DNA of 63,347 nucleotides from a virus (Duplodnaviria; Caudoviricetes), in the IMG/VR virus record IMGVR_UViG_3300020161_002487, positions 1-63,347 of that record. One strand, written 5' to 3'. The position numbers and the translations under genes were made by a program. Positions 1-6,648 of the stretch are shown here, piece after piece (positions within the stretch are counted from its first letter, which is position 1; every line of letters starts with the position of its first letter). The notes under the pieces are model-generated. The model saw only the letters and a program-made list of their open reading frames with translations, was not told where the DNA came from and did not search any database.

Positions 1-2
1 AA

Positions 3-1022
3 CTAACAACTCAACAATTAGGTTACTTTTGGAGACCAGAAGAAGTGTCTCTGCAAAAGGATCGTGGAGATTATCAATCTCTTCGTCCTGAACAGAAACA
101 CATTTTTACGAGTAATCTTAAGTATCAGGTAATGTTAGATTCCGTTCAGGGTCGTGGACCGGGCATGGCATTTGCCCCATACTGTTCACTTCCTGAACTG
201 GAAGCGTGTATGAAAGTATGGGAGTTTATGGAGATGATTCATTCTCGCTCATACACTTATATTATCAAGAATGTTTATTCGGATCCATCTGAAGTTTTTG
301 ATACGATTCTGAAAGAAGATCGTATTATGGAACGTGCTGTGAGTGTGACTCAGGCATATAATGATTTCATCAATAGTGCCCATCAGTATGATAATTCAAG
401 TGAGTGGATTCACGCTTTAGAACAAGTACCATACGCAAAGGAAGCAAGGTATGAACTCAAACGCAAATTATTCAGAGCAGTCGCAAACGTTAATATTCTT
501 GAAGGTATTCGCTTTTATGTCAGTTTCGCTTGCAGTTTTGCATTTGGCGAACTCAAACTTATGGAGGGAAGTGCAAAAATCATCTCATTGATTGCTCGTG
601 ATGAGAACCAGCATCTGGTAATTACTCAGAACATTTTAAATAAATGGAAAGATGGTGATGATCCAGAGATGGTAAAAATCGCCAAAGAAGAGGAACAGTG
701 GTTCTACAAGACTTTTGAGGATGCTGTAAATCAGGAAAAACTTTGGGCAGAGTATTTGTTTAAAGATGGTTCAATGATTGGTCTGAATGATAAATTGTTG
801 CAACAGTATGTTGAATGGATTGCAAATCGTCGCATGAAAGCAATTGGACTCAATCCAATTTATGATATTCCGGCAAAGAATAATCCACTTCCTTGGACTG
901 AGCATTGGATTAGCTCTAAGGGTCTTCAGGTGGCACCACAGGAAACGGAAATCGAGAGTTATGTAATCGGTGGAATTAAGCAAGATGTTAATGCTAATAC
1001 ATTCAGTGGATTCAAACTATAA
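3..1022 (+). CDS. nrdB: Ribonucleotide reductase class Ia beta subunit (5'-truncated by window edge)
   Basis: Frame open from base 3 (LTTQQLGYFWRPEE); EMIHSRSY, LEGIRFYVSF, RDENQH di-iron motifs; APQETEIESY C-terminus. Confidence 0.97.
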   Translation, partial: LTTQQLGYFWRPEEVSLQKDRGDYQSLRPEQKHIFTSNLKYQVMLDSVQGRGPGMAFAPYCSLPELEACMKVWEFMEMIHSRSYTYIIKNVYSDPSEVFDTILKEDRIMERAVSVTQAYNDFINSAHQYDNSSEWIHALEQVPYAKEARYELKRKLFRAVANVNILEGIRFYVSFACSFAFGELKLMEGSAKIISLIARDENQHLVITQNILNKWKDGDDPEMVKIAKEEEQWFYKTFEDAVNQEKLWAEYLFKDGSMIGLNDKLLQQYVEWIANRRMKAIGLNPIYDIPAKNNPLPWTEHWISSKGLQVAPQETEIESYVIGGIKQDVNANTFSGFKL

Positions 1023-1041
1023 GGTTTGAATCCTTTTTTTT

Positions 1042-1049
1042 TATAAATA
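1042..1049 (+). promoter_or_regulatory. T4-type late promoter TATAAATA
   Basis: Exact consensus about 30 nt upstream of the ATG at 1080. Confidence 0.75.
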
Positions 1050-1079
1050 TATACAGGAAATTACAAGTACTATACTACC

Positions 1080-2294
1080 ATGTCAAGATATTATTTGACC
1101 GAAGCATACGGTGATCTTTATAATCCAAGAAAAGCTGACGAAACATTTTATAGAAATCTAAAATTTGTAGATTATCTTCAGTCAGAAGAGATTGAAGAAG
1201 TCATGGAATCTCTTCTTTGGGAATTCATGGACTATGGAAATACTTTAGATGAGTCTTATAATCTCATTGATGGTGTTTTCAGTGATGGTATTTTAGAAGA
1301 AGTTTTGGCTGAGGCATATGAAGATAGATATCCTGAATTAAAAAAACAAGAAAAAATAGCAAAACAAGCAAGAACTCAAGAGAGAATTGCTAGACTAACT
1401 GGAGCAGCCAAAAAAGCAAAAGAAACAGTTGTATCCGCTGCTTCTGGAGTCGGTAAAAATACTATGAGCACCCTTAAAAGAGGCAAGGAAGCTGCTGCCA
1501 GTGCTTATGAAAGAGCCAAGGGAACTGCAGGGACAGCAATGGCTGCTCTTAAGGGCCTTGTTCGTAAAGGTGCGTTTGCTGTAGGTAGCAAAATGAGACA
1601 AGCTGGTGAAAAAATTGAAAAATCCGGAAAAGAAGCAGCATCTGCCCCAGCAGTTACTAGAAGTGCTAATATAGGTGGAAGGAGACATACTTATATTTCC
1701 GAACCAACACCAGAAACTGGAAGAAAAAGACGTGCTATTGGATCTGCCATAATGAGAACTGCTGATCGTCTTATAAAATCACGTCTTACTTCAGCATCTA
1801 GAGTTCCATCTACTCTCCCCGATCCTTGGGATAATCAGACTAAAACAGCATCTAGACCATCTACTTCATCTAGATCTTCTTCCCCATCTAGATCTTCTTC
1901 CCCATCTAGAAAGGCATTACCTCCAGCTCCAACTAGAAGGGCATTACCTCCAGCTCCAACTAGAAGGGCATTACCTCCCGGTAGATCACTTGGACTTAGA
2001 ACATTAGGTAAAGGAGGCCCATCTAAAGAAATTAGTTTTAGTAGACATGCCCAAAAAAGAGTAGTTCCTATTGGTTCAAACAAAAAAGAATTGGAAGGTT
2101 CAGCTAGAGAGGTTTCCATCCGTGCTGCTCGTAAGAGAGCACAAATGGCAGAGGAATTGGAACTTATCACACAAGAAATTCTTGATGATTTAATATCAGA
2201 AGGATATGCAGATAATATTGATAATGCTGCAACTATTCTGGAAAATCTTTCCGATGAGGTAATTGAAAATTTAATTTCCGAATATTTAAACTGA
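1080..2294 (+). CDS. Hypothetical late protein with acidic termini and basic low-complexity middle; shares LxxEGYAD block with 23562 and 26314 ORFs
   Basis: 404-aa ORF behind a late promoter; N-term YLTEAY and C-term DLISEGYADNIDNAATILENLSDE motifs. Confidence 0.8.
   Translation: MSRYYLTEAYGDLYNPRKADETFYRNLKFVDYLQSEEIEEVMESLLWEFMDYGNTLDESYNLIDGVFSDGILEEVLAEAYEDRYPELKKQEKIAKQARTQERIARLTGAAKKAKETVVSAASGVGKNTMSTLKRGKEAAASAYERAKGTAGTAMAALKGLVRKGAFAVGSKMRQAGEKIEKSGKEAASAPAVTRSANIGGRRHTYISEPTPETGRKRRAIGSAIMRTADRLIKSRLTSASRVPSTLPDPWDNQTKTASRPSTSSRSSSPSRSSSPSRKALPPAPTRRALPPAPTRRALPPGRSLGLRTLGKGGPSKEISFSRHAQKRVVPIGSNKKELEGSAREVSIRAARKRAQMAEELELITQEILDDLISEGYADNIDNAATILENLSDEVIENLISEYLN
1867..1978 (+). 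repeat. In-frame tandem repeats: 18-bp x~2.4 (SRSSSP) then 27-bp x~2.7 (RRALPPAPT)
   Basis: catctagatcttcttccc and ctagaagggcattacctccagctccaa units read directly. Confidence 0.9.
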
Positions 2295-2310
2295 TAAACC
2301 ACTAATTACT

Positions 2311-2466
2311 ATGGTACACAATACTGATATTTTTGAATTGAAAGCAAAATTGAATAAACTAAAAAACGAATTATACAGAGAATCCACCAGTCCAGTAGAA
2401 AAAACACTAGCGAATAAGTATTTGAATAAAGCTATAGATTTTGTAAATGCACTTCCTCTGACTTGA
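2311..2466 (+). CDS. Small hypothetical protein (51 aa, not in ORF track)
   Basis: ATG..TGA open frame MVHNTDIFELKAKLNKLK...; follows previous gene. Confidence 0.6.
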   Translation: MVHNTDIFELKAKLNKLKNELYRESTSPVEKTLANKYLNKAIDFVNALPLT

Positions 2467-2866
2467 TCACAATACCATAAATGTTTTCTTTTTCGCTAGT
2501 AAAAAATTTACCTTCTATATTAGTGTTATAATAATCTTCTCTCAATAGAGCATCTCTTTTAAATTGTTCATAAGTTTCATAATAAGACATAGACTTTTTA
2601 TGAGGACACAAATACAAAATTTCTCGGAGAAATTTATCTTCTCCGAGTTTTTTTACGTCTTCAATTAGTTCATCGCATGAGCCAAAATAATCTTGCCAAT
2701 TACTTTCTTTTTTCTTTCGGCGTCCGGTCTTTCTATCTTTTCTTCTTTCCCAAAAAGTTTTCTTTCCAATGTATTTTTTCCCATTCTCAAGATTGGTAAT
2801 ACAATAAACAAAACCTTCCATTTTTTCTGGTATTGATAAGAACTCCTTATCATTTATCATCCACAC
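2432..2866 (-). CDS. GIY-YIG endonuclease, T4 endonuclease II (DenA)-like
   Basis: FVYCITNLENGKKYIGKK and ESNWQDYFGSC motifs; start uncertain (GTG 2866 or ATG 2860). Confidence 0.75.
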   Translation of the reverse strand: MWMINDKEFLSIPEKMEGFVYCITNLENGKKYIGKKTFWERRKDRKTGRRKKKESNWQDYFGSCDELIEDVKKLGEDKFLREILYLCPHKKSMSYYETYEQFKRDALLREDYYNTNIEGKFFTSEKENIYGIVIKSEEVHLQNL

Positions 2867-2918
2867 TTGACACCCCCCCTTGGGTATGGTACAATAATCT
2901 TGTATACATTTAATATTT

Positions 2919-3116
2919 ATGGAAAACATTACAGAAACTGAATTGATGGTGAAGGAAATCCGAGAATGGTGTCTAGAGCGTCATTCCAAACTAATTCGCA
3001 GTGATCGGGTCGAAGATGCAATTGCATTGGATTCTGAATTTTATGAGTGGCTAAGCACTGATGAAGATGAGGGAGACACTCTAGAAATCCTTAGCATCAG
3101 TTCTTCTGATGGTTGA
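2919..3116 (+). CDS. Hypothetical protein
   Basis: 65-aa ORF after a TTGACA...TACAAT promoter-like sequence. Confidence 0.65.
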   Translation: MENITETELMVKEIREWCLERHSKLIRSDRVEDAIALDSEFYEWLSTDEDEGDTLEILSISSSDG

Positions 3117-3194
3117 GGGGGTTGACAAATCCTAAATAATCACTTATAATTGAAATTTATTTTTATCATAATAATTTAAAAAAAATAAAAAAAA

Positions 3195-3297
3195 CATAAA
3201 TAATAATACCTGTTAGGTTGGCGCTTTTCAGGCAGAAAGGTGCATTTTTGCACCTTTTCTTTTATAAATAATAATGCCAACCTAATAGAATAGAATT
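3195..3297 (+). ncRNA. Endonuclease-associated cassette copy 1: late promoter, putative small hairpin RNA (~3208-3262), terminator, late promoter, complementary mRNA leader
   Basis: CATAAATA 3195; CCTG..CTTTTCAGG stem; terminator 3235-3258; TATAAATA 3263; 3210-3222 complementary to 3276-3288; recurs at 55143-55249 (-) and 62976-63086. Confidence 0.7.
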
Positions 3298-3951
3298 ATG
3301 ACTTTTCAAAGTCCAAGAATTTACACGTATAAAATTACTTTTGAAGAAGTTCCTTATTATTACTATGGAGTACACAAGGAAAAAAGATTTGACGAAGACT
3401 ATTGGGGTTCACCGAAGACAAATAAATGGTGTTGGAAACTTTATACACCAAAGAAACAAATATTAGAAATATTTGACTATACTGATGAAGGTTGGATACA
3501 AGCACAGGAAATTGAGAAAAGATTGATACAACCAATCTTTAATAATGATAAGTGCTGCCTGAATGAAAGTTGTGGAGGAAAAATATCACTTAAAGTATTG
3601 AGGGAAAATGGAAGAATAACTGGAAAAATCACTGGGAAAGTAAATGGAAAACTAACATATAATAAAAAAATTGGGGTTCATGGGAGATCAAGGGAAAAAA
3701 TGGTTGACGATGCTATAAAGGCTGGAAAAAGAACATATGAACTTGGGGTTGGAATTTTTAGTAGATCTAATGAAAAATGGAGTGAAGACTCGATAAAAGG
3801 AGGAAAAATAGGAGGAAAAAAAGGCGGAAAATCAGTAAACCTTCAAAAATGGCAATGCACTAGAACGGGATATATTTCTTCTCCAGCAGGACTTTCTAAT
3901 TATCAAAGAGCAAAGGGAATTGACACATCAAATAGAATAAGAATTAAATAG
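3298..3951 (+). CDS. Free-standing GIY-YIG-like (Seg-type) homing endonuclease
   Basis: IYTYKITF...YYYYGVH...YWGS, conserved E and N; Gly/Lys-rich repeats in C-terminal half. Confidence 0.7.
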   Translation: MTFQSPRIYTYKITFEEVPYYYYGVHKEKRFDEDYWGSPKTNKWCWKLYTPKKQILEIFDYTDEGWIQAQEIEKRLIQPIFNNDKCCLNESCGGKISLKVLRENGRITGKITGKVNGKLTYNKKIGVHGRSREKMVDDAIKAGKRTYELGVGIFSRSNEKWSEDSIKGGKIGGKKGGKSVNLQKWQCTRTGYISSPAGLSNYQRAKGIDTSNRIRIK

Positions 3952-3970
3952 ACACTTTACAAACTGTCCA
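3951..3970 (+). promoter_or_regulatory. Palindromic CA(C/G)TT-N4-AACTG motif upstream of a sigma70-like promoter (one of 8 copies)
   Basis: gacactttacaaactgtcca; TTGCAT 11 nt downstream. Confidence 0.6.
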
Positions 3971-4130
3971 CACTTACTTGCATTATTAAAATATTCATGA
4001 TATATTTCTTTATGTCACAAATCAACTATATAACTTATTGGTTATGTGATTTGTGATTTAGAGCTGGTGGTATTGCCGTTAGAACGGATGTGACCAATAT
4101 TTTACCAGATGTAGAATTCTATTAATTTAA

Positions 4131-4772
4131 ATGCAAAATTTCTTTACAGTAACCCTGCCCCTTCTGGCAACGGTTACAACCACAACGGCAACGATGCCTT
4201 CTGTATTTCCTCCTCCGCCAGTAAATGGTCCTCAGCCATTTTTTATTATTCAAGAGGAGCTTACGACAAAGACAGCGACCAGAATGGTTGCTCCCGAACG
4301 ACCCAAAGAGACAAGGTTAATTTGTAGAGGGTGTAATGAGCAAGAAAATGCTACTCTGGAATTTTTTCAGAAACGTGGCATTAAAGACAAAAACGCCCTT
4401 GCTACCATTATGGGTAACATTCGTCAGGAATCAACTTTTGTTCCTAACATTTGCGAAGGTGGTAGTAAAACTAGTTACGGTAACTGCGGAGGTGGTTACG
4501 GTCTGATTCAATGGACATCTGCTAATCGTTATTATGGATTGGGTAACTTTGCTCGGAGATATGGTGGTTCTCCATCATCACTTCATACTCAACTTCGTTA
4601 TCTTACCAATGAAGTTCAGTGGCAAGATATTGAACATAGAATGAAAACCCCCGGTAAATCTATTGATCGGTATATGAATTATGCTTATGACTGGATTTCG
4701 TGGGGACATCATGGTGCAAGGACTGCTTATGCACATGATTATGCTAAACGATTGGTTCTGGTAAACGCATAA
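4131..4772 (+). CDS. Cell-wall hydrolase, phage tail lysozyme (lysozyme2)-like, with hydrophobic N-terminus
   Basis: ALATIMGNIRQES and GYGLIQWT motifs. Confidence 0.7.
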   Translation: MQNFFTVTLPLLATVTTTTATMPSVFPPPPVNGPQPFFIIQEELTTKTATRMVAPERPKETRLICRGCNEQENATLEFFQKRGIKDKNALATIMGNIRQESTFVPNICEGGSKTSYGNCGGGYGLIQWTSANRYYGLGNFARRYGGSPSSLHTQLRYLTNEVQWQDIEHRMKTPGKSIDRYMNYAYDWISWGHHGARTAYAHDYAKRLVLVNA

Positions 4773-4831
4773 ATTTAAATAAAGAGAAGAACTCCCAATT
4801 CTTCTCTTTTCTTTTCTAAATAGTTAAAAAA

Positions 4832-5296
4832 ATGTATTTTAACTTTAATTTTGGAAAGAAACCAAAATCCATTTTAAAATGGGCAGCAATTAGTCTTATG
4901 TTGTCCGGAACAATAAGTATTCTCTCTGAGTGTACAAAAATACCAGAAGAAAAACTATGGAATTCAATTATTGATTATAATAGAATCTTTAAAGGTAAAT
5001 TTTTTCCACAAGACATAAATGATTATATCAATAATACTCCAGAATTACTAAAAATAAAAATAGAAAGAGAAGTGAGTTCTGCGATTTATGATTATGAAAA
5101 ATGGGAAACAAAAAACAGAAAAATAAACATGACAAATTCTGTCATACTACAAGAAATTAAAAAGACTAAATATTCAGACAATCAAAGAATCATAGTGGAG
5201 AATGCCATTTATTATGAGCTTCCGCCAGATGGTTCTTATGCTCAATCTCTTCTTGGTGGAGAAATGGGCATCCGGGGCTCCTGGGTCAGCAAATGA
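4832..5296 (+). CDS. Hypothetical protein
   Basis: 154-aa ORF after CTAAATA; hydrophobic N-terminal segment. Confidence 0.65.
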   Translation: MYFNFNFGKKPKSILKWAAISLMLSGTISILSECTKIPEEKLWNSIIDYNRIFKGKFFPQDINDYINNTPELLKIKIEREVSSAIYDYEKWETKNRKINMTNSVILQEIKKTKYSDNQRIIVENAIYYELPPDGSYAQSLLGGEMGIRGSWVSK

Positions 5297-5316
5297 AAAC
5301 ATCTCCCCTAGGGGGG

Positions 5317-5345
5317 TTGACAAGCTGAGAGGACTATGGTATATT
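5317..5345 (+). promoter_or_regulatory. Sigma70-type promoter for tRNA cluster
   Basis: TTGACA-17 nt-TATATT with extended TG. Confidence 0.75.
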
Positions 5346-5395
5346 ATATGAGTCAAGGGGAGAGGGAAACCGAGTTCTTTGATTTTTGTTTATTT

Positions 5396-5468
5396 GCCGC
5401 AGCAGCATGACGGATCATGCACCATCCTTCTAAGATGTAAGATATAGGTTCAAATCCTATCTGCGGTG
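5396..5468 (+). tRNA. tRNA-Arg(UCU)
   Basis: GCCGCAG/CTGCGGT acceptor, CT-TCT-AA loop, ATAGG-TTCAAAT-CCTAT T arm. Confidence 0.88.
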
Positions 5469-5518
5469 TTTGAAGTAGTTATAATACTCTTCATAAAATT
5501 GAATATATAAAAAAGTAA

Positions 5519-5590
5519 CGGGATGTAGCTCAGAGGAAGAGTACTGATTTTGGGAATCAGGGGCCGAGATTTCGAAATTCTCCATCCCGA
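5519..5590 (+). tRNA. tRNA-Pro(UGG)
   Basis: CGGGATG/CATCCCG acceptor, CTGAT-TT TGG GA-ATCAG anticodon arm. Confidence 0.88.
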
Positions 5591-5621
5591 CTTGAGAATG
5601 GTCCAAACATTCTCCATTGAT

Positions 5622-5658
5622 GCGGTTCGGCTCTACCGCTTTAACAAAAGGGTCGCCA
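5622..5658 (+). ncRNA. Compact H-type pseudoknot ending in CCA, directly abutting tRNA-Ala
   Basis: S1 GCGGT/ACCGC, 1-nt L1, S2 CGGCTCT/AGGGTCG, A-rich 9-nt loop, then CCA. Confidence 0.5.
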
Positions 5659-5731
5659 GGGGTCTTAGCTCAATTGGTAGAGCGTTTGCTTTGCAAGCAA
5701 GATGTTAGGAGTTCGAGTCTCCTAGATTCCA
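5659..5731 (+). tRNA. tRNA-Ala(UGC)
   Basis: GGGGTCT/AGATTCC acceptor with G3-U70, TT-TGC-AA loop, canonical T arm. Confidence 0.92.
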
Positions 5732-5753
5732 TTCCACTTTTAGTGGATATTTT

Positions 5754-5830
5754 GGGTCAATTGGATGGGAAAATATGAATAGGCGCTCTATGTTCTATTT
5801 TATTCAGGAGTTCGATTCTTTTGTGATCCA
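5754..5830 (+). pseudogene. Degenerate tRNA-like sequence (acceptor stem and T arm, poor D arm, 12-nt anticodon loop)
   Basis: GGGTCA/TGATCC-A, AATAG/CTATT stem, AGGAG-TTCGATT-CTTTT. Confidence 0.5.
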
Positions 5831-5862
5831 TTGGTTCTTATGTCTATAATGAGAATCAATTT

Positions 5863-5936
5863 GCGGAGTTAGTTCAGTCAGGTAGAACGCTATCCTTCCA
5901 AGTTAGATGTCGTCGGTTCGAATCCGATATTCCGCT
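5863..5936 (+). tRNA. tRNA-Gly(UCC)
   Basis: GCGGAGT/ATTCCGC acceptor, CT-TCC-AA loop, GTCGG-TTCGAAT-CCGAT. Confidence 0.92.
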
Positions 5937-5986
5937 CTTGGAGATTCATCTCCATATTCCTCCACTTATTAAGTGTGAGTACAGTT

Positions 5987-6056
5987 GATTAAGGTAAGGA
6001 AAGTAAACGGAGCATGGGAACCAATATAAATTGGAGATACCGCACCGACCTTAATC
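5987..6056 (+). ncRNA. Structured RNA candidate between tRNAs
   Basis: 9-bp closing stem GATTAAGGT/ACCTTAATC, inner CGGAGC/GCACCG and CCAAT/ATTGG helices, purine-rich bulges. Confidence 0.45.
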
Positions 6057-6060
6057 TTAA

Positions 6061-6177
6061 TGGGGCATAGTTCAGTTGGTAGAACGAGCGACTGTGGTAA
6101 GAATGGTTTTTAATTTTGGTTCGATTCCTTAACTTATCTTAATCGCTATGTCGTAGGTTCGAGTCCTACTGCCCCAG
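6061..6177 (+). tRNA. tRNA-Asn(GUU) interrupted in the anticodon by a 44-nt insert (6096-6139)
   Basis: TGGGGCA/TGCCCCA acceptor, perfect D and T arms, AGCGA/TCGCT anticodon stem; removing 44 nt restores CT-GTT-AA and a 73-nt tRNA. Confidence 0.85.
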
Positions 6178-6317
6178 TTGGTAGTCGTTAGGCAGATAGC
6201 CTAGAAAGATGCCATCGGAGATTCACCTCCTTCGTTAGGATACTTCGGTTAGTTGGTGATAGGCTTTTCAGTCCGAAAACTGAAAGTAGTAAAAGATTCT
6301 AAAGTCTTTTACTTTTT

Positions 6318-6600
6318 GTCGGTATGGTGGAATGGTAGACACACCAGACTTATAAAATTGAGCCTCATTTGGGAAACCTTATGAGTGTAATTCCTCAAAT
6401 TCGGGGAAACCTTTAAAATGGCAATCCCGAGCCAAGCTAGAGAAATCTTGAAGGTGTAACGACTAGACGGGGAACACCTAAGCCCAAAGGTATGGTGAAG
6501 GGATAGTCTAGACCACAAACTAAAAAAAGGTAGCGAAAGCTATAGTGGTAAGAAAATCTGTTGGGCATTGCCCGTGGGAGTTCGAGTCTCCCTACCGACA
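6318..6600 (+). tRNA. tRNA-Leu(UAA), exons 6318-6351 and 6553-6600
   Basis: GTCGGTA/TACCGAC acceptor, long variable arm, spliced loop CT-T^AA-AA. Confidence 0.93.
6352..6552 (+). mobile_element. Group I intron in tRNA-Leu(UAA) anticodon, cyanobacterial trnL type
   Basis: U^AA insertion site; AATTGAGCC, CAAATTCGGGGAAAC, GGCAATCCCGAGCCAAG, GAAGGTGTAACGACT, GATAGTCTA core; terminal G. Confidence 0.93.
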
Positions 6601-6648
6601 CTCTAACTGGTAAACATGCATAAATATTTATACATTAAGTTTATCGGT

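Noticed and set aside
5775-5800. Amber suppressor tRNA implying TAG recoding
   Set aside because: The CUA-centred fold pairs poorly, and zwf and cp12-region genes are not fragmented; TAG ends several intact genes normally.
6180-6313. Glutamine (glnA) riboswitch among the hairpins before tRNA-Leu
   Set aside because: Several hairpins are present, but the three-way junction consensus could not be matched; treated as tRNA spacer structures.
6309-6518. Minus-strand 69-aa ORF over tRNA-Leu
   Set aside because: Overlaps the tRNA and group I intron core; spurious.
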